NCBI GenBank assembly: GCA_964036045.1 | Contig: OZ038379.1 | Span: 3,162,001-3,226,000, forward strand | DNA: 64,000 bases | DNA from: Eutreptiella sp. 'Long Island Sound 2002' | Lineage: Eukaryota; Protista; Euglenida | Direction: 5' to 3' | Notes under the pieces: model-generated | Database searches by the model: none | What the model was told of the DNA's origin: nothing | Seen by the model: the letters and a program-made list of their open reading frames with translations, nothing else | Program-made: the position numbers and the translations under genes | Shown here: positions 1 through 12,534 of the stretch, piece by piece | How the letters are laid out: every line of letters starts with the position of its first letter | How positions within the stretch are numbered: position 1 is the first letter of the stretch

Positions 1-160
1 AAATTTATTCGGGGATCATTTTGCCTCCCAAAATGATGATTTTACAAGTGGTTAGACATCTAATACCATACCTTGGGGCATGCTACGTGAATGACCCCGA
101 AAAAAGGGGGCGCATATGGCGCCGGCACCCGCGCTTGATCTAACAACCCTCTTCGAAGTG
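1..160 (+). repeat. Dispersed repeat, second copy 31618-31760
   Basis: Shared ATGATTTTACAAG..GACATC..CCTTGGGG.ATGCTACG..GCGCTTGATCTAACAAC. Confidence 0.8.
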
Positions 161-1865
161 ACTTATAAAGCGCCCCACCTTGCCCAATCCGGCGCTCTGT
201 GGTGCCCACAACAACAAATTGAATGACAAAAATTGCCAACAACACACAAAGATTCTTTAAGAATTGCAGTGGGCTTCAAGCTTAACAGCGCACAACCTAC
301 AATATTCCTTAGTTAAATGGGGTTCCCTTTTTGCACGCAGCAAAGTGCACTGCAGAAAGCAATCTCACAGAGGGGGGGGACTTGTAGGGGTTCCCAATCA
401 CAAACAAAGAGTAAAATGAAACGTTTGCAAAATCCATCAAAGGGATTCAATCAATGCTCAAGCTGTGAGGGCCACCATATTTGCAACAAACCATTTGTCC
501 ATAACCAAGGTCCATTACTAAGCATTCTCGCGATCAATAACACTACTGGATCCCCTGCGGGGAGAACGCATTCAGGTGCGGTGCACAACTTGGATTTCAC
601 TGTTTGGCCTCTAATCACTGCACTGTTTTCAACGCTCAAAACAAAAGGAGAATGGTGGTGTTTTGAATGTATCCAAGGGGCCTTGCCGTGTTGTTGTTAC
701 AACTTTGTGTTAGAGGCACGGGGGGGGGGGGGGGCAACGGGCCACACCCGTACCCCAACATATTTGGCTTAAAGTGACCGTCTCGTCGCGCTGATCATTT
801 TGCGGTATATCTTTCAGGGTGAAAGAACTTTCAAAGCATGGGGGGGCGGGATGGTAGGTGGTATTTTTGTTTCAGGGCATAGCACCCCCGAGTCAATTCC
901 CGGCCACTGTTGCCAGTGGCGCCCCACCCAGGACAAACATGCTTTTGTTTCAAGACGGAGTTGATATACGCTTCGAAACCCCTTGACAAAGGGGACAAAA
1001 TCAGAATTGGCTGCCTAACCCTGCCTTCTCAAGGGCCCACAAGTGGGCGGAAATGCTACATAACCCCTGCATTCTCAGGGTCCCCAACATGAGCCTTGAG
1101 AATGCTTTTCTTGTGACGACTGTAGCACGCCCTTCGGCACGCTTGTAAGAGGCTATGCAAGGAAATGGTACACTCCGTTTTTTTATGGATGTCATCATAG
1201 TTGTGTGACGTGGGAATTTCGTTTTTTTTTGTTGGTTTGTGGCATCCTAGTGCTGGTTGGAGCTTTTAGTTCCACATTTTCGACAAGAGTTGGCATTTTT
1301 TTGTTTTTATGTAGCAAAACTGGAACACATCCACACACAATAGCAAATTCACAAAAGACCTATGCATGCACGCACGGGAACCCCAAGTGTAAAGGAACCC
1401 TCTGTCCCCTTGGTAGACATTTAGTTGTCCCTTTTTGTATGGCATCATTGCCACCACACCCATCAAATGATGAGGGGTAGAAGGAGATCCCGCTATGCTT
1501 GGAGAGGCAAATTCAAAGATAGGGAAGCAACACATCACCTCAAGTTCTCCCCAAGCCAATCCCAGGGTTCCAAGGCCATTGACTGTGCCTCTAACCACCG
1601 GGGGGAGGGGGCAGGTCAGGGCCCTTGACGCCGACCCCCCCCCCCCCTGGGAAATTGGCAGGGATTGCCGGACCATTGATTGCAAAGGCGTCATGAGGAA
1701 ATTTCGCCCAGTGTGGCACAGGGTAAAAAGCCGTGTTTCCACCCCATGTATGTAGAGTATACTCGACATACTTGGAATTTGCTAGAGAGTCCAAAAAATG
1801 GACAAAAATGGGCATTTTCAAAGCCCAAAATAGGTATCCCATCCCCGAGCAGTATTTAGCAGAGT

Positions 1866-1937
1866 TGGCTAGTGTCCTAATGGGTAGCACACTGGACTTG
1901 CATTTGGAAAATCTTGGGTTCAATTCCCGGGGGTGTC
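1866..1937 (+). pseudogene. tRNA-Gln-like relic or SINE head
   Basis: TAATGGGTAGCACACTGGACTT plus B-box GGTTCAATTCC; acceptor stem does not pair. Confidence 0.55.
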
Positions 1938-2800
1938 AAATATGTGCCACAAGGCAAAAGAGGTGGAGCTGCTTCCCCCCCCCTTTTTTGCCAACCCTCA
2001 TCATGAAACTACTTTGCGAAGGCAGAATCATGTAGCCAACTCTGATTTTGTCCCCTTTGTTTGACACAAGAACACCAAAAGCTTGGAATGGATGTGAAAG
2101 TGGGAACAAAAGCTGATCGATACTTCCTGTGTAACACACGTATACACGTGGTGTAGACCTCCATCACCATGGATGGCTGATGTTGTGCAACAACAGCACA
2201 CCGCTGCCAGTTGTACATGAGGCCTTGGCCCTTTTCTGTGTTGACAAAACTTGTAGACAAACACCTTGGTGCACTACTGTTGTCTTGAGTCAGCTTGTAT
2301 CTCCTTGCATGAGCCTGTGGGTAAATCATACGAGCTTGCCACCTCAGCCCTGTGTCAGGTGGTTTCAAAATGGGGTATAACCATGTAGGTATCTAAATAA
2401 TCCAGTTTGGAGGGGGAGGGGGGGGGTTTGGCACAAGGCCTCGGTACTAAGGGGGGGGGGAGATGGGGGCTGACCACAAACCACATGAAGAGACACCGGT
2501 CTCAAACATGCCATATCTAAGGCATTTTATCAGAGATGCTTTTTGCCTCCTAGTGGACCATGCGGTGTTTTAGCCTTAAACCGTTGGTTGAATTCAGCCG
2601 CAGCGGTGGGTCGTCAACGAGTCACCGCTGTTTCGGATAGGGCTGTGGTTCTCCTCTAAAGTACGTTATCGCCTGAATCCCCCGGATAGACCGAGAGGCA
2701 TTGGGTTCTGTGTTTTGCAGCGTGAGCTGAAATACAGTGCAGTGGGGGGGGGGGGGATTGAAACACACTGGTGAAGCGTTCATAAACACAAACCTTTGCT

Positions 2801-3005
2801 TGAGTGGTGCAAGCGCTATAACTCATCCTTCGCTTGAGGAGCGCAAGCGCTACTACCCGCGCTTCACTGGACGGGCGCAGGCACCACAACTGGCCCTTCT
2901 CTCAGGGAACGCAAGCGCTACTTCCCGGCCGTCACTCCAGGAGTGCAAGCACTGCAACTCGTCCTGCGCTTGAGGAGCGTAAGCGCTACAACTTGCCTCT
3001 CTCTC
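2801..3005 (+). repeat. Degenerate 33-34-bp minisatellite (GCAAGCGCTA core) x6
   Basis: Seen directly. Confidence 0.75.
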
Positions 3006-3162
3006 CGACTCGTCAGGTCTCATGCCAGGCCAAAACCCTGCCTGACTGACACAATCACAACCCGTCTTGGCCATTTTCCTGTGATCGGGGGGACTTCCTC
3101 GGCCCGAAGCAGCACCTCCTCTCACTCCATTCCTCCTATTATATCGCCTTCTTTCCACCGTG
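2853..3162 (-). CDS. Putative terminal exon 23 (TVERRRYNRRNG...) ending in TAG
   Basis: Acceptor TTCGCCCCAG in phase 2; distal half overlaps a minisatellite and a GT at 3061 could be an earlier donor. Confidence 0.4.
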
Positions 3163-3182
3163 CTGGGGCGAACCCCATACTC

Positions 3183-3655
<473 letters not shown>

Positions 3656-3696
3656 CACCGCAGTCCCACAAGTACAAGTACATCTGCTGCCAAGAC

Positions 3697-3937
3697 CTTG
3701 GTATCGAGGCCGAACCCCGTGGCCGATCCGACCAGGATTCTCTTGGCGATAGGGTGACCGTGGTGGGGGAGAGAATCGCAGGCTCGGGGATGCTGCCGAA
3801 GGACTTGCTGGTGGCGCTGGTGGGGGCAGAGGAGTGTGGCTTGAGGTCCAACAGGGCTTGACTGGGGAAACTGTTTTGGCATAGGACGAGACTGGGCTGG
3901 TCTTGGGTGTCCAGACCCACGTAATCAGGCCCTTCGT
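3697..3937 (-). CDS. Exon 22: Ser/Pro-rich tail (EGPDYVGLDTQDQ...GSASIP)
   Basis: Acceptor T10CAG in phase 1, donor GTCTTG in phase 2. Confidence 0.62.
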
Positions 3938-5447
3938 CTGAAAAAAAAAATGGTGGCCAGCGGGAGGGTCATGGGAGGGTGGCAACATTGGGTGTGTGGG
4001 TACAGCCCTGATCCGCATGGGATTACTCAATCTGCGCGGCGCCCGAAATTGTACTTTTGCCGACTTCATGGAATTTCGCCGCCTCGTTGGGCCCCTCGCT
4101 GACTTGTGGGGTGGGGTGGGGGTGTGGCATAAGCCCCGGTGCTCTGTTGTCTGCAGCTGGGCCCATTCCATCAAAGGTGAGACCCACAAGTTCCCAGAAA
4201 GCTGGGGCCTGTCGGCGGGACTGGTGTTTCTGAGCGTCCGCTCGCCTGCCCGTGGTGGACCTAGCTTGGTCCGGGCACCTCTCTTCTTCGCGCCATGCAT
4301 GGTGCTTTCGGCCCCCTCTCACCTGGGGCCCATTCCATCGGAGTGCGTGTGTGTGTGACGGCTAGACGTTCTGCCGATGGACGCCCACTGGGCGGGCCAG
4401 CGGACGATGGCTCTAGCGCTCCATGACATGACATGACATGTTGTCTGCAGCTGGGCGCGCCCATTGGCGTCTCAGGGGGGGGGGGGATTGGCAGTGCCCT
4501 TGGGGGCTCTCTGTGTGGAACATCTGACACTTTACCGGACGGCAGTGGTCTGATGGTCTTCGGATTGCCCTCCCCCTCGGCATGAGGGGCACACAATGTG
4601 TGCCCCTTGCAACGACGTGGCAACTGAACATGTTGCATCCCAGCAAAACTATGGCCTGTGTGACCTCCAGAGCCTTATCCCCCCCCCTCTTCCGCCCTCT
4701 TTCTGTGGGCGTTGCGCTGCGTTTTTTCCCCGTCCGCAAGAGATAGGCCAAGGCCGCCCTTTGCCCTCATTCTGAACCTAGGGTGTGCGGTTGAAAGGGA
4801 TTGGCAACCCGGTTCGGGCGCTTATTCCCGGTTACAAGTGCAATTTTGGGCGGGGGGGGGGGGGGGGGGGGGCAGTTGGGAAAAGAGAGAGGGCGGCTGG
4901 ACCGCGGGCATGGGTAATGGGTATCCATAATGGTGGGAAACAAAGCCGGTTGATACTTCTGGTGCACTGCACTTGCTCGGGTCTTGTAAACGCCATCCTC
5001 CATCGCGGTCGGCGATGTTGTGCGAAACAGCATTAGGGCTGTGCGCTGTACATCAGACCCCATTCCTTTCATTTGTTGACAGAGCTCACGGACAGACATG
5101 ATGGTGTACCGCTGCCCGGGCTGGAAACCTTTGCCCCTTGGTCATGGTGTGCTCACTGGGGTGGGCGGGGGGAAAGCCCCCCCCCCCCCCCCCTCCAATG
5201 CATCCTCTGCCCACGATCTCTCACTATTCGAGGCCCCGGTTGCCCCACCTGAATCTGATTTGATTCTGATGTGAATCGGTTTGTTCGCAGGCGTTGGCGT
5301 CAATGAATTTTGGGCACCTCGGCTGCCCCCAAAATTCTATCCAGGGCCTTTGGGGCTGCTGGCAATCGGTTGTCAACCGGCCGCGTTTGGCAGTTGAACG
5401 ACAGGACAACGAATGAGAAATGAGGGGTCCCGGCACAACACAACTAC

Positions 5448-5741
5448 CTAGCACCATTGATTCAGTGTAGGCAAAGCTTCGTGCCTTGTCCGTTGGATCT
5501 GCCTTGGCAGGGGCCTCCTCATCTGCTGAAGCAAACTGCTTGAGGTTGCCGGCCAACACGCCGTTCATGGGCGAGTTGGGCTCGTCGATGTGGATTGAAG
5601 GGGTGAGTTGGTACGTGACCCGGCTTCCTCTGTGGATGGGGTTGCGCCGGGCCTCACTCATGAAATCTTGGCCATGGATCTGGAGGTTGAGGTCCTCCAA
5701 GTCTTGGGTGGCCTGGATCTCGACGTCACCCAGCATCCCGG
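5448..5741 (-). CDS. Exon 21: cytoplasmic tail (GMLGDVEIQATQDLEDLN...)
   Basis: Acceptor after (TCCC)n tract, donor GTAGTT, phases 1/1. Confidence 0.7.
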
Positions 5742-8700
5742 CTGAGGGAGGGAGGGAGGGAGGGAGGGAGGGAGGGAGGGAGGGAGGGAGGGAGGGAGGG
5801 AGGGAGGGAGGGAGGGAGGGAGGGAGTGGAATAGAAGGGATCCCGGCCGTGGTGTGTACAGAGTGGGGGCGGGGGAAAGAGCAGGGGATTCAACGGATTA
5901 AACTGGACCCCCACTATGGCCCCCGGGCATCAAGCAATGCGTATTCAAGTAGACTTGCTACATGGTTAGCGGTAGGCTCCTGCTTAGGGGTAGTGCTAGG
6001 GTTAGGGTTGTTGGGATCAGGGTTAGGGCTAGGGCCTGACCTAGCTGGACTCTCACCCAAAGTGAGTGGCCCCCTCCCATTCTGATCCTCTTGCCCCCCC
6101 CCCCCCCATTCTCACCCCTGGGACAGCCCCCCCCACCCTCCCATCCCCTGCCTCCACCTCCCCACTTCATTGAAAACTGGGATGTTCCTGGTTTGCTTTT
6201 GGGGGGGTCCCGCCAATTGAGCCCTTGTTGGTGTGTGTGCGGCGGGCTCCAGCCAGAGGGCTGCATCGACCCCCCCCCCTCCCCCCGAAGTTGAATGCCC
6301 AGTTTCTGACGGGGGAGGGGGGTTGTTGGTATGGGGGGTTACTGGCCGGCCACTTGGCTGACGAGCCAGTGCGTACGCCGAACCCTTGTCCAGTAGCCTA
6401 GGGGACCAACACCCAACACCTACATGCACAGGGGGGGGGGGAGGGGGGGCATGAAGCCGTGGTATTTTGTTGTCTGCTGTCGGCGGCGCCAATCGGCCTC
6501 CCGCTGCCATCACTGACTCCGGTGGAGCCAACATAGTTTCTGGCTGTCCGTGGAACCACAGAACTTCCCCTGTTTCAGAACTCCCTGATCGGTCTTCACA
6601 GAGGGGGGCTCTGCGCCTGCCACTGGCCGGACAGACAGGGGTGGGGGTGGGGAGGGGGGGGGGGGCTGCGAAAACCAACCCCATGAGGTTTGGTGCAAGA
6701 TTCTGCTGAAGATTAAGAAGATTAAGAAACAGGAGTGCTTTTTGTTCCTTTGTGGTGCACATGCTTTTGGTTGTGTGGCTCATTGTTGGTTTGATGGCCA
6801 TGCCCACACAACCCTATTTAATAGGAATTGGAGCCACCTTTGCAGGAGACAGAGCCACTCTGTACGGCCATGTGGCAAAAATTCCACTCCCAAATGGAAT
6901 AACAATGGGCGGTTTTGAAAAATACATGAATGAACGTGTTATTTTCAATTCGGCCAGTGGCCTGGCCAGCGCTTAACTAAGGGCTGACCCATGCGCGCTT
7001 TGCGTGGGCAGTGGGATCTCTCAACAGCGTTGATGCCATGGCACAGATGACAGCCATCCCCATCACGCCATGGCTGAAGGACCCCCCGCTGCTTGTCACT
7101 TGTCACTTGGCCCTCGCCAACACACCCACCCACATTAGAAAAAATTTCTTTCTCAAGGATTTCCCTTAGGGAAAAGTGAAATTCACTCAAGGGGCCGGAA
7201 ACTTAAGGCTGATGTTAGGTACGCAAACTTTCAATTTCCGTCCAGGTCTGAATTGGAAGAAGCTGGTGTGTGTTTGTGTGGGAGGGGGGGTGCCATGGAG
7301 GGCGAGTGAGTACACCGGTGAAAAGTTCCTGGTGTTCATGATGTTCACCTTTTGGGGAGGGTATCCTCCACACAATTGATGTGTTTTGCTGGGGACTCAA
7401 AATGGCCCAACCAGATGTTTTGAATGGATGAAATTTCGTTTTTTCCCACTATGGTCACTTTGGACGCAATCATGATTTCCACTGCAACAGTTTGGATGTC
7501 ATTGATATGCTATGTACAGGGTGTATGCGACTATGGACAGCAGTTACATATACCTGTAAACATCAATACAATAGAGCTCCTAGTTGCTGGATTCATGGAC
7601 GAAGCGACAGCTTCTATAATATACCCCCTGTCTGCATGCTGACTACTGTGCTGCTCAGTTTCTGTCGGTTTGCACCTGGCACTCCTTCGGCCATAACAGT
7701 CGCTGAGATCCTATGGTCACTTTGGTCGGGGAGGGGGGGGGGTCATTGCCAAAAAAGTATTCCAATGGAGCCCTGTTGGCGTCTGACACCCCCCCCCCCC
7801 GCCCCTCAACTACCGTCAACCGGCACCAGGAAACCACCAACTGCCGCCAATCGGCACCGGAGCACCGGCAACTGCCATCACCTGGCACCGGAAAATTGTC
7901 AACGGCCGTCAACGGCCAATCGCCGTCAGCTGGCACCAGGAAACTGCCAACTGCCGTCAACCGGCACCGGGAAACCGCCAACTGCCATGTCTACCCATGG
8001 CAGTCCATAGTAAAAACAAAACAGAAGCAAAATCTCTTTCTTTCAGGACAGGCCTGCCTTTTGGAGAAGGCCTTCCTCCCCCCAACAAGTGACAGTGTGA
8101 CTGCCCATAGGCGCGTGGGGGTTGGGGTGTGGCTTGTCCTCGATGACAGGTGCTGCTTGTTTCTTGTTGCGGCGGCTGTTGGGGTTGACAGGAGGCGCCG
8201 GTGGCGGAGCGGAGGCGTCACAAGCGTCGCCGGACAACATGATGGGGGAGCCACCACGCTGCGCTCTGGCCACGGTGGCCGACCATTGCGGGTGCGGTGT
8301 TGGTGTCAAGGAATGTGCGTTCGCCTTGCGTGGCGGACAGGGACGCCCACACTGCTTTGTGCACGGGAGCAATGGCGATCCTGCGCCGTATCATTGTTGG
8401 TTGGTTGGTGATGGTCACCGGTGTGAGGAGGAGGTGAGCGAGCTGCATGCTCATTGATGTGAGCTGGTGTTCCTCTAATGCGGCCTCCTGGATGGGACCA
8501 TAGGGCAGGAGCTGCGGTGTGGTGGCAGCACCCTGTACATATGAGATAGTCTGCAGGGCCACAGAATTCTGAACTCATGGTTCGCTGCAGTCTGTAGGAT
8601 TGTAGCAACGTTAAAACTCGCAGTTTGAGCATGACTGAATGACGGCCTTGGCACACAATCCTATTCCCCTTGCTACCCCCCGGCCCCTGAGTGGGCAAGA

Positions 8701-9211
8701 GTGTTTAGCCTCTTGCCCCATCCTGCCTGCTCTGCTCCCTGGCCCTAGTGACATGTCTGGGCAGCTGGGCAGCTGACATCCTGATCCAGTACCAGGATGT
8801 TCCCTGTTCGTTAGTTTGCCAACTGCCGTAGCACATTTCAGACAACTAGGCCCACTCTCCACTGCCAGTTGGTGTACACTGATGGCTACTTGTGCCACAC
8901 ATGTGTATAGGCCATCTGCATGGGACCAGTCCACATGGGGTTCCCTCCAAACCACTGCTCCCCCCCCCCCCTTGCCAAGAAGAGATGCGAGCATTCTTGA
9001 ATCTAAAAAGAGAACACCACCACTGTTTGGTTGTGCGCCGACTCCCGTCAAGCGCCCTCGGTTATGGTTACCTGCAACCGCCATCAGATACACGCCAACC
9101 TACGTCGTTTGCATGCCAGTACCCGTCGGTTACATGGGTGGTCCAGTCAGCTGTTGACTGCCGAGAAAAAAAACGCGGTCCTCAAGGTGAGTCCTGGAAG
9201 AGAGGCAATAC

Positions 9212-9445
9212 CATGCTTCTGGGCTGCCTCAACTGCTGCACGGAACGGGCTGAGGGGTCGGGGGGACTCCTCCATCATTTGCTGGCTCTTCTCCTTCCGC
9301 TGTTTGTACTTCTTCCACTTCGCCAACAGCGTTTGGCGCAAAGTGGTGGCCTGCGCGAAGGCAAAGCTAATCAGCAGGCACCCATGCAGCACGAACACCA
9401 GGGCCAAGACCGCCAGCTCCAGAGCCTTGATGTAGAAGCTGTCTC
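9212..9445 (-). CDS. Exon 20 (last hydrophobic segment, then basic KWKKYKQRKEK)
   Basis: Acceptor CTTTTCTTCCTCCGCAG, donor GTATTG, phases 1/1. Confidence 0.88.
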
Positions 9446-11791
9446 CTGCGGAGGAAGAAAAGATTGGAGCTCCCCGGACAGCGCATCCCCCCTCCCCTCA
9501 GCCCCCCCCCCAATTCCCTCCCCTTTACCCCCCCCCCCCCCCCACACACACACCAGAAAGGGGCTCTGAGGCTTCAGGGAAACTCAGGCCTCCCCCAAGC
9601 CTGTGTAGACCAGTCTGGCCCCGCAACAGTGCGCGAGTCAGCGGGGGTTGCCGTACAGTTCCGGTGGACCCAAGCTGAGCAGGACTGGCCCCAACCGCAC
9701 TCTCCCGTGCTCCGTGCCTATATATATATATGCAATATCTCAAGGGGGGGGCATGCTCAGCCCTCCCAGACGTCTCCCAGACGTTCGCCTGCCCAACGCT
9801 AGTCATCACCTACCAACCCCAGCCCCCACCGCCAACCAGCTGATGCTACCAACCGCCCGCTGCTCCGTGCTCAGCCATCTCGGCTTGACACCGACCGCTG
9901 TCCCGCTCTTCAGTCCTCGACCTCCATCCCACAAGCCTCAACTGCCATCCCTCAGTCCTCGGCCGCCGGCCTTCAGCCACAATTGGTAGTCCCTCGTCCC
10001 TCAATCGCCCCCAGGCTCCTTGTGATCTCGAGACCTAAGCCACTCGCAGCCTCGGAACGAAAGCCACCAACATCGCGAACCTCTCCCCATCGCCGACCAA
10101 CCGCCGTCGTCCCTGTAGGGCAATCTCGCCCACTCGGGGCCCACAATAGGTCCAGAATCGCCCCCCCCCCCTGTCGTGCCCTGCACCCTAGCACAGCCTG
10201 CGGGCTCGTGGTCTTGTTGGCCACAACCGTCCAAACGGGGCAATCTTGGCCCATGCAACCGACTGCACCCGACTACCATCCCCCTCCCCCTCCCCCTCCC
10301 CAGACTGCGAGACCAAAGCACTAGCATGCATTACATTGTCTTCACATGTGCACCCGCTTTTCCGACTTAGTGACAACATTGGTGCTGTCATTGGTACTCT
10401 AGTAGAAGAGGAATGTGGTCGCAACTTCAGGTACTTGGCTTCGCTTGAGGTCACCTTTTATTTTTGACGATTTTTCTTTTTTTCTTTTTTTCTTTTTTTT
10501 TTTGGGCCAGCCCAAGCCCATGCATGCAGACCCATTTTGTTTGTGTTTCAAGCCAAGACATGGCACCAAAATACAATGAAAATTAAGGCTGCCATAGCAA
10601 GAACTCAGCTCGTCCAACAAATCAAATGAATGAATCTATGGGAATCGTCAGCAATGGGGAAACCATGCCAATGTTGGGTGAAACTTCCTTTCATAGGCAA
10701 GGTGCAAATTGGATTTTTGGAAATTGTGGTTTCAATGTCAGACTGAGGCAAGAGCAAAAGCCGGCAGGCAAGAGGAAAACACAAACGACGAAAGAGTAGG
10801 TCGAAAACAACATGTACCATCCAACTGTATCATCAAAGCATGGCTCACCGCCTTTTGGTGCGATAAAACATAAAACAGAAAAGGAGGGGCAGGATACTAT
10901 AAGACTGCGAGGTGCACCAATTCAGAACCCGAGATTCCCACCCGCCCCTGCCGCACTAGTCCTTCTGCTGGAGGGCAAACTGGTGACAACTCTGGGGGGC
11001 ACTTTGGGACCTTGGTTATTCCATCCCTGCTTACCCAAGTAAGACTGCTCGCAGCCAACGAACGAGCAATAGTGATCAGCTTGCGCGTGTTCTGTCACCC
11101 ACCCCTGGGATCGGATGTCTTTGTCTGACTTCCATTTGAGGAAAAAGCAATCCAACTTATCCCCATCCCACATATCCGTGCGCAGCCACTCGGGACCAAA
11201 GTGCGCGTTCATGGTAACTTAGCTTGATGCGGTGGAGCTCGATGGATGAAACCAAGGGGCTGACGGCACTAAAAAATGTCTGCACCTAGGCTCATGGGCC
11301 CACATTGGCGGCCTTTTCTCGAGAGCTGCTATTAATATTTTTGGCATCTCGGTCAGGCGGCTAGCCTACTAATGATGTACACATGCGGGTATCGTGGTCG
11401 TTACGCAATCGTTGTATGTTAATCAACGCGGTAGCATTGGTAGCTGTAGGACAGGGAGTGGTTTCCAAGGCCTCAAACTCATCAAAAATTCTGCTTGTTT
11501 TCATCTGCCACCATTGGGGCCCGCCATATACACTCACGTCGCGTGTGGCCCTTGATGTGGCAACATGCTTTCCATTGCAGCATGTGCCGCGCTCTCCGGA
11601 CAAATGATAGCAGCTGCATGTTGCTCACAATCACATGTGGGCAGTCAGACAGCAGGCCAGGGAAATAATACCACTTTTGTCGGTGTCGCCCCCCTGCCCC
11701 CCACAATTGAAAATCCGACCACCCCAGATATGGCTAGTATTATACCCATGGATGGAGCAGCTGTCATTGGGCAAAAGCGACGGGTGCACAC

Positions 11792-12042
11792 CCTCGACAA
11801 ACTGCGGAATGAACCACAGCAGACTGAGATTGAGGGTGAGGGTGAAGACGACAAGGGACGCGGCTTCCAGATTATTGGCCATGGCAAGATCAAAGGGCTT
11901 GCAGGCGTACTGCAGCGCCAAGAACAGCATCATAGTCCACATGCAGAAGTAGACCCGCACACGTGCGTCTTTCACATACGCGATGATGGCAATGAGCAGG
12001 CCCTTGCGCACCATGTTCAATGTCTCCCAGTATCGGTACTTC
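11792..12042 (-). CDS. Exon 19 (YWETLNMVRKGLL...KPF...NNLEAASL; three hydrophobic segments)
   Basis: Acceptor CTTCCGCCCCTGCAG, donor GTGTGC, phases 2/1; motif set resembles the TRP-like TM region of protist surface proteins (needs HMM check). Confidence 0.92.
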
Positions 12043-12185
12043 CTGCAGGGGCGGAAGGAGAAGATTGTACTGTGCATTTTTGAAACACTGTGACGAAGCA
12101 AGCTTCAACGCCACCTCGCTTGTGTTTGATAAGCAAAAGGGTTTAAGGTGATGCAAGACGTGCTGGTGTGGTGTGGTGTGGTGTG

Positions 12186-12430
12186 CCGAAGGCGCTGTTA
12201 CCAACTGGCAATGGCCGGGATGCCTGGCATACGGGTAATGTAAAACGGGAGGGCTGTGTGTCTGAACGCGTGCTGTGTGTAGTGTGTGGTGCACCTGTGG
12301 CAGAGGGCTGTCTCTCTCTCTCTCTGGTGCTGGGCGGCCCGCCCCATGCTGCCTTGGGGACGTCTTGCCGCTCTGCCTGATGGCGCTACCGAAGTTCTCG
12401 CTGGGCCCAGGCCTATGTGCCTCCATGCCA
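12186..12430 (-). mobile_element. Second, diverged and decayed 3' fragment of the same LINE family
   Basis: Last 19 bp identical to the larger copy; translates GT*AWAQRELR*RHQAERQDV versus STMAWALQELRLHQQAEREGV. Confidence 0.8.
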
Positions 12431-12534
12431 TGTGGTGTGGTGTGGTGTGGTGTGGTGTGGTGTGGGGTGGGGTGGTGTGGGGTGGGGTGGGGTGGGGTGG
12501 GGTGGTGTGGTGTGGTGTGGTGTGGTGTGGTGTG

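Noticed and set aside
4767-5099. ORF MSVRELCQQMKG... as a host exon
   Set aside because: It is an inverted copy of the repeat at 59370-59495, and exons 21 and 22 join in phase without it
6752-6976. Small plus-strand ORF with signal-peptide look
   Set aside because: Its core matches non-coding repeat sequence at about 48795-48850
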